Shown in pieces: positions 8,971-17,171 of a DNA stretch of 64,000 nucleotides. Within the stretch, counting starts at the first letter, position 1; the number at the start of each line of letters is the position of its first letter. The stretch spans positions 66,500 to 130,499 of the forward strand of contig CAVPLI010000002.1 in NCBI GenBank assembly GCA_963705965.1, given 5' to 3'. The stretch is from an uncultured Actinomycetes bacterium. Its GTDB lineage: Bacteria > Actinomycetota > Thermoleophilia > Gaiellales > JALYLC01. The position numbers were made by a program, and so were the translations under genes. The notes beneath the pieces are model-generated. The model saw nothing but the letters and a program-made list of their open reading frames with translations. It had not been told where the DNA came from and did not search any database.

Positions 8971-11748
8971 TTGGCGACCACCGAGACCACGGCCGCGATT
9001 GCGACCGACGAGGCACAGATTCCACTCGATACGACACGTTCGATCGGTGTGACCAGGCGCAATACGCGCCCGGGTGTCGACCCGTACGACGAGATCGAGT
9101 GGGAGGTGCGCGACGCCCTCATCCCCGGCAAGGACGGGCCTGCCTTCGAGCAGAAAGAGGTGGAGTTCCCGGTCTTCTGGTCGGCGACGGCGACGAACAT
9201 CGTCGCGCAGAAGTACTTCCGCGGACCGCTCGGATCGCCGCAGCGCGAGCGCTCGGTGCGTCAGATGATCTCGCGCGTGGTCGACACGATCACGGAGTGG
9301 GGCCGCAAGGACGGCTACTTCGCCGACGGCGACGAGGCCGACGCGTTCCACGCCGAGCTCAAGCACCTGCTCGTCAACCAGTACGCGGCGTTCAACTCGC
9401 CTGTCTGGTTCAACGTCGGATTTGAAGAGCGGCCGCAGTGCTCCGCGTGCTTCATCCTCGCCATCGACGACTCGATGGACTCGATCCTCAACTGGATCGT
9501 CGAGGAGGGCCGGATCTTCCGCGGCGGCTCGGGCTCGGGCATCAACCTCTCGCGCGTGCGCTCCTCGAAGGAGCAGCTGTCCAAGGGCGGGTACGCCTCC
9601 GGGCCGGTCTCCTTCATGCGCGGCGCCGACGCTTCTGCGGGCACGATCAAGTCGGGCGGCAAGACGCGACGTGCGGCCAAGATGGTCGTGCTCGACGTCG
9701 ACCATCCGGACATCGAGGAGTTCATCTGGTGCAAGTCGCGCGAGGAGGAGAAGGCGCGCTCGCTCCAGGAGGCCGGCTACGACATGTCGCTGGACTCCCC
9801 GGACTGGGCCTCGATCCAGTACCAGAACGCCAACAACTCCGTGCGCCTGACCGACGAGTTCATGCGTGCAGTCGAGGCCGATCGCGACTGGAACCTGACG
9901 GCGCGCACCACCGGTGAAGTCGTCAAGACCGTGCGCGCACGCGATCTCATGAACCAGATCGCCGACGCGGCCTGGCGCTGCGCCGATCCGGGCATCCAGT
10001 TCGACACGATCATCAACGACTGGCACACGTGCCCGAACACGGGGCGCATCAACGCCTCGAATCCGTGCTCGGAGTACATGCACGTCGACAACTCGGCCTG
10101 CAACCTCGCCAGCCTCAACCTCATGCGCTTCCGGCGCCCCGACGGCGAGTTCGACGTCGACGGCTTCCAGCACGCGGTCGACATCGTCTTCACGGCGCAG
10201 GAGATCCTCGTCTCCAACTCGTCGTACCCGACCGAGCAGATCGGCGAGAACGCGCACAAGATGCGCCAGCTGGGCCTCGGCTACGCCAACCTCGGCGCGC
10301 TGCTGATGGCGCGGGGCCTGCCGTACGACTCCGACGAGGGTCGCGCCTACGCAGCGGCGATCACGGCGCTCATGACCGGCCGCGCCTATCGCAAGTCGGC
10401 CGAGATGGCCGCGCGCATGGGGCCGTTCAGCGAGTACGAGCGCAACCGCCAGCCGATGGTGCGCGTGATCGAGAAGCATCGCGCGGCAGTGGCCAACATC
10501 GAGGATCGCGAGACCATCGCGGTCGATCTCGTCGACGCCGCGCGCGGCGCCTGGGACGAGGCGCTCGAGCTGGGTCGCGAGCACGGCTTCCGCAACGCCC
10601 AGGCCACGGTGCTCGCACCGACGGGGACGATCTCGTTCCTGATGGACTGCGACACGACCGGCGTCGAGCCCGACTTCTCGCTCGTCAAGACGAAGCGCCT
10701 GGTCGGCGGCGGCGAGCTCACGATCGTCAACGGCACGGTGCCGCTGGCGCTCCAGGTGCTCGGCTACACCCAGACCGAGGGCGAGTCGATCGTCGCCTTC
10801 ATCGCCGACCACAACACGGTCGTCGGCGCGCCGGCGATCCGGCCCGAGCACCTCGCCGTGTTCGATTGCGCGATGGGCGATCGCGCGATCGACTACAACG
10901 GCCACGTGTCGATGATGGGCGCGGTGCAGCCGTTCATCTCGGGGGCGATCTCGAAGACCGCCAACATGCCCGAGACGGCAACGGTCGACGATGTCGCCAA
11001 GCTCTACCTCGACTCCTGGAAGATGGGCGTCAAGGCACTCGCGATCTACCGCGACAACTGCAAGGTCGCCCAGCCGATGGGCGCCAAGCAGGCCGAGCTC
11101 GTGCACAAGCCGATGCGCAAGGTCATGCCGATCGAGCGCATGGAGATCGGCCGCAAGTTCCAGGTCGGCGAGTACGAGGGCTACATCCACGTCGGGCTGT
11201 TCCCCGACGGCACCCCGGGCGACGTGTTCGTCGACATCGCCAAGGAGGGCACGACGCTCGCCGGGCTCATGAACGCGCTCATGATCTCGGTCTCGCTCGG
11301 CCTCCAGTACGGCGTGCCGCTCGACGTCTACGTCTCGAAGTTCAGCCACATGCGCTTCGAGCCGTCCGGCCTCACCAACGACCCCGACATCCGGGTGGCC
11401 AAGTCGCTCGTCGACTACATCTTCCGGTGGCTCGGCAAGAAGTTCCTCGACGCCGAGATGCAGGCCGAGCTGGGCATCATGTCCGCCGAGGTGCGCGCTC
11501 GCCTGCAGGGCCAGCCCGCCGAGGCCGAGCCGCTCGCGGACGGCACGATGTACGGCGACGTCGTCGCCGCGCCGGATGCGGAGGTCTCGCGGGCGCAGAG
11601 CGTCGTGCCCGTCCAGTCCGCGGGCCAGCGGGCGCTCTTCAACGCCTGGGAGGACGCACAGGAGTGCGCGAAGTGCGGCGGCCGCAAGGTCCGCACCGGC
11701 TCCTGCTACACGTGCCGCGATTGCGGCGACAACTCCGGCTGCGGCTGA
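8971..11748 (+). CDS. nrdJ: adenosylcobalamin-dependent ribonucleotide reductase (class II)
   Basis: 925 aa with characteristic class II RNR blocks (NSPVWFNVG, SACFIL, NPCSEY, TISFLMDCDTTGVEPDF). The C-terminal tail is Cys-rich (CAKCGG...CYTCRDCG). Confidence 0.95.
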   Translation: MATTETTAAIATDEAQIPLDTTRSIGVTRRNTRPGVDPYDEIEWEVRDALIPGKDGPAFEQKEVEFPVFWSATATNIVAQKYFRGPLGSPQRERSVRQMISRVVDTITEWGRKDGYFADGDEADAFHAELKHLLVNQYAAFNSPVWFNVGFEERPQCSACFILAIDDSMDSILNWIVEEGRIFRGGSGSGINLSRVRSSKEQLSKGGYASGPVSFMRGADASAGTIKSGGKTRRAAKMVVLDVDHPDIEEFIWCKSREEEKARSLQEAGYDMSLDSPDWASIQYQNANNSVRLTDEFMRAVEADRDWNLTARTTGEVVKTVRARDLMNQIADAAWRCADPGIQFDTIINDWHTCPNTGRINASNPCSEYMHVDNSACNLASLNLMRFRRPDGEFDVDGFQHAVDIVFTAQEILVSNSSYPTEQIGENAHKMRQLGLGYANLGALLMARGLPYDSDEGRAYAAAITALMTGRAYRKSAEMAARMGPFSEYERNRQPMVRVIEKHRAAVANIEDRETIAVDLVDAARGAWDEALELGREHGFRNAQATVLAPTGTISFLMDCDTTGVEPDFSLVKTKRLVGGGELTIVNGTVPLALQVLGYTQTEGESIVAFIADHNTVVGAPAIRPEHLAVFDCAMGDRAIDYNGHVSMMGAVQPFISGAISKTANMPETATVDDVAKLYLDSWKMGVKALAIYRDNCKVAQPMGAKQAELVHKPMRKVMPIERMEIGRKFQVGEYEGYIHVGLFPDGTPGDVFVDIAKEGTTLAGLMNALMISVSLGLQYGVPLDVYVSKFSHMRFEPSGLTNDPDIRVAKSLVDYIFRWLGKKFLDAEMQAELGIMSAEVRARLQGQPAEAEPLADGTMYGDVVAAPDAEVSRAQSVVPVQSAGQRALFNAWEDAQECAKCGGRKVRTGSCYTCRDCGDNSGCG

Positions 11749-11779
11749 CCGCGCCGGAGTGAGATCAGCCGGAGGCTGT

Positions 11780-11802
11780 GCGGGGACCGGAGCGGTCCCC
11801 GC
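11780..11802. terminator. GC-rich hairpin between convergent nrdJ and a small ORF
   Basis: GCGGGGACC-GGAGC-GGTCCCCGC: 9-bp perfect stem, 5-nt loop, no T-tract. Confidence 0.4.
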
Positions 11803-11840
11803 ATGGCGCTCCGGTGTTCATCGCCGAACTGCGCGTGGCG

Positions 11841-12032
11841 TCAAGCCTGCGGGTTGTCCTCGCGGTCCGCGCGCTCGAGATGCTGAACCTCGTCGGCGCG
11901 CGCCATCGAGCGGGCGTTGCGGCCGGTGCGCATCGGCCCGCTCCATCCGCAGATGCAGCGCGCAGCCAGGATCTCGGGAACGCGCGGTGGCTGGCGCGGG
12001 TCCTTGATCTCGGTGCGGTGCTCGGCGTTCAT
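11841..12032 (-). CDS. small hypothetical protein (63 aa)
   Basis: AGGAG lies 6 nt upstream of the ATG and codons are GC3-rich. I recognise no family. Confidence 0.4.
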   Translation of the reverse strand: MNAEHRTEIKDPRQPPRVPEILAARCICGWSGPMRTGRNARSMARADEVQHLERADREDNPQA

Positions 12033-12139
12033 GTCAGCTCCTGGGGAGAGCCGGCGGCACAGAGAGGTTAGTACTCACCGCGCCATCGCGGGCGCGGGCA
12101 CGTCCACCGCGTCATGGACCTGGTCCGTATGATCGCCCG

Positions 12140-12508
12140 GTGGAAGCCATGGAGTTGCTGGACGACCCTTCGGGCGTTCGCGTCATCGTCCTGACCGGCG
12201 AGCAGGATCTCGCCTCGGCGGGCGCGCTCCGTCTCGCGTTGGCGGGTGCTCGCGAGGCCGGCCGTGGCGTCGTCGTCGAGTTGTCGATCGTGTCGTTCGT
12301 CGATTCGACGATCCTCGGCGCGATCGTCGAAGGCCTTCGCGAGTGCAAGGAGGACGGCCGCGGCTTCGCGGTCGTGGCCTCGGATCGAGACGACGAGGCG
12401 GTGCCGCGCATGCTCGGGATGACGGGACTCCGCACCGTCTTTCCCGTCTACGAGTCGCGCGAGACGGCAATCGCACGCTCCGCCGCAGGTCTCAGCACGC
12501 CCGCGTAG
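12140..12508 (+). CDS. STAS-domain anti-sigma-factor antagonist
   Basis: 122 aa with a SpoIIAA-like layout (VIVLTGEQDLASAGAL...SFVDSTILGAIV). Confidence 0.8.
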   Translation: MEAMELLDDPSGVRVIVLTGEQDLASAGALRLALAGAREAGRGVVVELSIVSFVDSTILGAIVEGLRECKEDGRGFAVVASDRDDEAVPRMLGMTGLRTVFPVYESRETAIARSAAGLSTPA

Positions 12509-12546
12509 CGCGGCCCCCGGGTACCTCGATCGAGTGATTCGGGGGT

Positions 12547-12969
12547 TTGTGGCAGGCGAGCTGGGCATATTCACGCGTGCTCCCGACGCTCAACCTCCTC
12601 ATGCCCGCGGTGCCCGAGAACGTCGCCACGGCACGGCGCGCGATCACGGGGCTCTGCGATCACCTCGAGATCCGCGGCGCGACCGCCGACGACATCCGGC
12701 TCGCCGTCACCGAGGCGTGCGCCGCCTGCATCGCGCACAGCCGCGGTGCCGAAGGCGATGCCAGGTTCGCGATCGACGCGAACGTGGAGGGAGAGTCCCT
12801 GCTCGTCGTCGTGCGTGACTTCGCCGGCGGACTCGTGCGGGGCCCGATCAGGGGCGGCGGCCGCGGCCTCGGCATGGGGCTCGTCAAGCACCTGGCCGAC
12901 CGCACCGACGTCGCCTCCCTGGCGTCCGGTGGCCTGCGCGTGACGATGCGATTCGCAACGCATCCGTAG
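12547..12969 (+). CDS. anti-sigma regulatory factor (HATPase_c Ser/Thr kinase, RsbW/SpoIIAB-like)
   Basis: AVTEACAACIAHS (N-box-like), VVVRDFAGG and GGGRGLGMGLVKHLAD. It lies immediately downstream of the STAS gene. The start may be an internal GTG. Confidence 0.75.
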   Translation: MWQASWAYSRVLPTLNLLMPAVPENVATARRAITGLCDHLEIRGATADDIRLAVTEACAACIAHSRGAEGDARFAIDANVEGESLLVVVRDFAGGLVRGPIRGGGRGLGMGLVKHLADRTDVASLASGGLRVTMRFATHP

Positions 12970-13061
12970 CGGCCGTTGACCTGAGACGCCGCGCGCGTTA
13001 GCGTGCGGTCGCCGGTGCCCTTGCCCAGCCCCCGTACGGGCAGCGGTAGTGAGGCTGCAGG

Positions 13062-14384
13062 ATGCACAGCGAACGATCAGGCGCCGCCAGCGGCGCAGCG
13101 ACGGATTTACCGGACGGCCGGCGCACGGTGGCGTCGAGGGTCGACGGCATGAAGACGCTTGCGGGCGCGCTCGGCCAGTTGCCCGTGACGGTGCGCTTCT
13201 GGGACGGCAGCGCGGTCGTCTCGCGTGACGACCCCGATGCGCCGGTCGTGCTCATCCGCGACGAGCGGGCGATCGCCCATTTCCTGCGTGCGCCCAACCA
13301 GCTCGGGCTCGGGCGCGCGTGGGTGTCGGGCGCGCTCGACGTCGACGGCGATCTCGAGCGCGTGCTCGGGCTGCGCCGGCGCGTCGGGGAGCTTCAGCTC
13401 GGGCGCCTGGAGCGCGCGCGGCTCGCTGCGGCTGCCGTGCGCGTCGCCGGTCCGCGCGCCCTGCGCCGGCCGCCGATCCCGGAGTCCGAGGCCGCCCCGG
13501 CGGGGCGGCGGCACTCGCTGCGGCGGGACCGCGCCTCGGTGCGCCATCACTACGACGTCTCGAACACCTTCTACGAGCTCCTGCTCGGGCCGAGCCTCGT
13601 CTACTCGTGCGCGTACTTCGCGAGCGAGGCGGACTCGCTCGAACGCGCGCAGGAGCGCAAGCTCGAGCTGATCTGCCGCAAGCTGCGGCTCCAGCCCGGC
13701 GAGCGGATGCTCGACATCGGCTGCGGCTGGGGATCGCTCGTCCTGCACGCCGCGGCCCACCACGGCGTGCGTGCGCTCGGCGTGACGCTCTCGGAGCCGC
13801 AGGCGGAGCTCGCGCGCAAGCGCATCGCCGCCGCCGGGCTGGGCGACCGCGTCGAGGTGCGCGTGCTCGACTACCGCGAGCTCGACGAGCAGCCGTTCGA
13901 CAAGATCGCGAGCGTCGGGATGTACGAGCACGTCGGCCGCGCTCAGCTCGACACCTACGTCGGCACCGTGCAGCGGCTGCTGCGCCCGGGCGGCCTCTTC
14001 CTCAATCACGGCATCACCCGCATCCACACGCGCCCGCCGCGCGGCCCGACGTTCATCAGTCGCTACGTGTTCCCGGACGGCGAGCTGCACCCGGTCAACG
14101 ACATCATCGGCGCGCTGGAGGCCGGCGGCTTCGAGATTCGCGATGTCGAGTCGATGCGCGAGCATTACGCGCTGACGCTGCGGCGCTGGGTCGCCAATCT
14201 CGCCGCCGGCCGCGAGCAGGCCGTCGCCGAGATCGGCGAGGAGCGCGAGCGCGTCTGGCGGCTCTACATGCTCGGCTCGGCGCAGGGCTTCGAGGGCGGC
14301 GAGATCGGCATCTACCAGACGCTCGCAGCCCGCCCGGGCGCTACGCACGCCCTACCGCTCGACCGCACGCACCTGCAGCTCTAG
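13062..14384 (+). CDS. cyclopropane-fatty-acyl-phospholipid synthase family methyltransferase
   Basis: HYDVSNTFYELLLGPSLVYSCAYF, MLDIGCGWGSL and FDKIASVGMYEHVG are CFA/mycolic-acid cyclopropane synthase blocks. The start may be ATG near 13149. Confidence 0.85.
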   Translation: MHSERSGAASGAATDLPDGRRTVASRVDGMKTLAGALGQLPVTVRFWDGSAVVSRDDPDAPVVLIRDERAIAHFLRAPNQLGLGRAWVSGALDVDGDLERVLGLRRRVGELQLGRLERARLAAAAVRVAGPRALRRPPIPESEAAPAGRRHSLRRDRASVRHHYDVSNTFYELLLGPSLVYSCAYFASEADSLERAQERKLELICRKLRLQPGERMLDIGCGWGSLVLHAAAHHGVRALGVTLSEPQAELARKRIAAAGLGDRVEVRVLDYRELDEQPFDKIASVGMYEHVGRAQLDTYVGTVQRLLRPGGLFLNHGITRIHTRPPRGPTFISRYVFPDGELHPVNDIIGALEAGGFEIRDVESMREHYALTLRRWVANLAAGREQAVAEIGEERERVWRLYMLGSAQGFEGGEIGIYQTLAARPGATHALPLDRTHLQL

Positions 14385-15811
14385 AAATCGAACGTGATCT
14401 GCTTGGTCTCGGTGACGGCGTCGGCGATGCCGTCGGCCAGCTCGCGGCCGGAGCCGGAGCTCTTGGCTCCGCCGAACGGTGCCATCTGATCCCAGTAGTT
14501 CGTCGTCTCGTTGATGTGGACGGTGCCGTGGCGCAGCTCCGAGGCGGCAGTCCAGGCGTCGCTCAGCGAGTTGGTGAAGACCGCGGCGGTGAGCCCGAAC
14601 TCGGTCTCGTTGCCGATCGCGATCGCCTCGTCGAGCGTGTCGAAGCGCATGATCGGCGCGACGGGCCCGAACGTCTCCTCGCGCGCGATCTCCATCGCGC
14701 TCGTGACCCCGGTCAGGATCGTCGGCTCGTGGTACATCCCGTTCGAGCCGCCGCCGTGGACGACGACCGCGCCGCGCTCGACGGCATCCGCGATGTGCCT
14801 CTGCGTGCGCTCGAGCGTGACCGAGTTGCACATCGGTCCCATGTCCGTCGCCTCGTCCAGCGGATCGCCGATGCGCAGCTGCTCGGTGCGCTCGATCAAG
14901 AGCTCGACGAAGCGGTCGTGCACGTCGCTGTGCACGAGCACGCGCTCGGCGGCCGTGCAGACCTGGCCGGCGAGGTAGAAGCAGCCCATGACCGCCGCGT
15001 CCGCGGCCGCCTCGAGGTTGGCGTCGGCGAGCACGATCTGCGGCCCGTTGCCGCCGAGCTCGAGGATGCGGTTCTTGAGTCCCGCCTCGCGCGCGACTTT
15101 CTCGCCGGTCGAGACGGATCCCGTGAAGACCACCGAGGCCACGTCGCGATGGCCCGTCAGCCTCGCGCCGACATCGCCGCGGCCGTGCACGAGATTGACG
15201 GTGCCCGGCGGGAAGCCCGCCTCGTGCAGCACGTCCACGAACAGCTCGGCGCACAGCGGCGCGAGCTCGGACGGCTTCCACACGGTCGTGCAGCCGAATG
15301 CGAGGCCGTAGACGATCGGAATGCCGGCGATGTCGACCGGGAAGTTCCACGGCGAGATCGCGGCGACCACTCCGACGGGCTCCTGGATCACGATGATGCG
15401 CTTGTGCGTCTTGCCCTGGGTCGAGGGCAGCACCTGCCCGGCGTGGCGCATCACGTCCTCGGCGGCGCGCCGGAAGTGATCGGCGGTGTACTCGACCATC
15501 TCCTCGCGCGACTCGCGGATCGTCTTGCCGGTCTCGCGCGTGATCATCCGCGCGATCTCCTCGGCACGGTCCATGCAGATGTCGTAGCCGCGCCGGCAGA
15601 TCTCGACGCGCTCGAGCACGCTCGTCCGGCGCCACGTGTCGAAGGCCGCGGCTGCGGCCGCGACCGCCTGATCGACCTGGTCGTCCGTGGCCGCGCGCAC
15701 GGAGCCGAGCAGCTCGCCCGAGGCCGGGCTCCGCACCTCGATCTCCTCGCCGTCGCCCGGCAGCCACTCGCCACCGACGAAGGCACCTCGCTGCGTCATC
15801 ACCTGAGCCAT
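14381..15811 (-). CDS. NAD(P)-dependent aldehyde dehydrogenase
   Basis: ISPWNFP, ELGGNGP and catalytic Cys context (AGQVCTAAERV). Start set at ATG 15811 because GGAGGAGG lies just upstream. Confidence 0.9.
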   Translation of the reverse strand: MAQVMTQRGAFVGGEWLPGDGEEIEVRSPASGELLGSVRAATDDQVDQAVAAAAAAFDTWRRTSVLERVEICRRGYDICMDRAEEIARMITRETGKTIRESREEMVEYTADHFRRAAEDVMRHAGQVLPSTQGKTHKRIIVIQEPVGVVAAISPWNFPVDIAGIPIVYGLAFGCTTVWKPSELAPLCAELFVDVLHEAGFPPGTVNLVHGRGDVGARLTGHRDVASVVFTGSVSTGEKVAREAGLKNRILELGGNGPQIVLADANLEAAADAAVMGCFYLAGQVCTAAERVLVHSDVHDRFVELLIERTEQLRIGDPLDEATDMGPMCNSVTLERTQRHIADAVERGAVVVHGGGSNGMYHEPTILTGVTSAMEIAREETFGPVAPIMRFDTLDEAIAIGNETEFGLTAAVFTNSLSDAWTAASELRHGTVHINETTNYWDQMAPFGGAKSSGSGRELADGIADAVTETKQITFDF

Positions 15812-15936
15812 TCCGACCTCCTCCGCCACGAGTCGCGGCCGACAATCCGCTGAGGCGACCAAGACTAGAGCGTCTGCGACCTCGGCGACCGGCCGCCCGC
15901 CTCGCACGCGCGTAGAAGGGCTGGCACGCTACCGCG

Positions 15937-16407
15937 ATGCCTCGCCTCAACATCGCATCGCCCGAGTTCGAGTACGACGACGCCGACCCCGAGGGGTTCC
16001 GCGCCGGGATGTTCCGGTTCGGCCCCAAGCTCGGAGCGAAGGAGACCGGCGCCAGCGTCTACGAGCTGCCGCCCGGCCAGTCGATCTGCCCGTACCACTA
16101 CGAGTACGGCGAGGAGGAATGGCTGCTCGTGCTCGAGGGCAACCCGACGCTGCGGACGCCCGCGGGCGAGGAGCAGATCGGTCCGATGGAGATGGTCTTC
16201 TTCCCGACCGGTCCCGAGGGCGCGCACCGTGTGCACAACGGCACCGACGCGACCGTGCGCGTGCTGATGTTCTCGACGCGCAAGGAGGTCGCCGTCGCCG
16301 TCTACCCCGACAGCGACAAGATCGGGATCTTCACGGGCCGCAAGGAAGACAACGTGATGGTCCGCAAGTCGAGCAACGTCGAGTACTTCGACGGCGAGAC
16401 GTCCTAG
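15937..16407 (+). CDS. cupin-domain protein
   Basis: 156 aa with the cupin core (YHYEYGEEEWLLVLEG...GPEGAHRVHN). It is a paralogue of 46039-46542. Confidence 0.8.
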   Translation: MPRLNIASPEFEYDDADPEGFRAGMFRFGPKLGAKETGASVYELPPGQSICPYHYEYGEEEWLLVLEGNPTLRTPAGEEQIGPMEMVFFPTGPEGAHRVHNGTDATVRVLMFSTRKEVAVAVYPDSDKIGIFTGRKEDNVMVRKSSNVEYFDGETS

Positions 16408-16432
16408 CGGCCGGCGAGCCGGCGCGGCGCAT

Positions 16433-16678
16433 TCAGGCGTCGCGCGCGCGGAGGTACAGGTCGATGCGCGTGAGCGCCTCGGGCGTCGCATCGCGCACAC
16501 GCCCCCAGTCGAGGTCGCGGACGCCGGCGGGGCCGTCGCCCAGCAGCCAGAGGTCGCGTGCATCCTTGCGCGGCGTGCCCTTCGCGGTCATGAAGCGATG
16601 GGCGCGCTTGCGCACGGCATCCAACTCGGCCTCGGTGAGGCGCCGTCGCTTGCGGGCACTGCCGCTCATCGGGGCCAT
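16433..16678 (-). CDS. small hypothetical protein (81 aa)
   Basis: GC3-rich ORF in a gap between confidently called genes. No family recognised. Confidence 0.4.
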   Translation of the reverse strand: MAPMSGSARKRRRLTEAELDAVRKRAHRFMTAKGTPRKDARDLWLLGDGPAGVRDLDWGRVRDATPEALTRIDLYLRARDA

Positions 16679-16711
16679 GCTACCGGCACGGCCGAGTGGG
16701 CTCTGGCGCCG

Positions 16712-17122
16712 CTACGCGGTCTTGCCGAGCGCCAGCGAGGGCGCGGCCATGCTCGCGAAGCCGACGTTGCGCGACGGGTGCACGCGGAAGAGCCCGGAGA
16801 TGCCGCTGATCTCGAAGAGTCGCGTCACGTAGCCCGCTTCCGCCGGGATGACCAGCTCGCAGCGGCCCTCGTGCGCCTTCAGCGTTCGCTGGGTCGCCAG
16901 CAGCAGGCTGATGATGGCGGAGTCGACGAAGCTGCAACGGCTGAGGTCGACGAGGATGTTGCGACCCTCGGCGGCATAGGCCAGCGTCGCTTGCAAGGCG
17001 GGACGCGAGTGCAGGTCGTGCTCACCGACGAGTGCGATCACCGCCGTCTGATTCGACGCGAACTCGACCTTGACCGTGCCCACCTGACTCTCCGTGCTCA
17101 CTCGGACCTCCGTCCCTGCCAC
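16712..17122 (-). CDS. STAS-domain anti-sigma-factor antagonist
   Basis: 136 aa (VIALVGEHDLHS...SFVDSAIISLLL). It lies 50 nt downstream of the PP2C/HATPase sensor gene. Confidence 0.8.
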   Translation of the reverse strand: MAGTEVRVSTESQVGTVKVEFASNQTAVIALVGEHDLHSRPALQATLAYAAEGRNILVDLSRCSFVDSAIISLLLATQRTLKAHEGRCELVIPAEAGYVTRLFEISGISGLFRVHPSRNVGFASMAAPSLALGKTA

Positions 17123-17171
17123 CGCACCTTACGGAGGCTCCGTTGCCGTCTCGCACCCGTTCGGGTGATGC

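Noticed and set aside
15937-16407. Two cupin paralogues (15937-16407 and 46039-46542) sharing a ...EYFDGE C-terminus, as a possible duplicated module.
   Set aside because: The flanking genes are unrelated and there is no nucleotide-level repeat, so these are simply two members of a common family.
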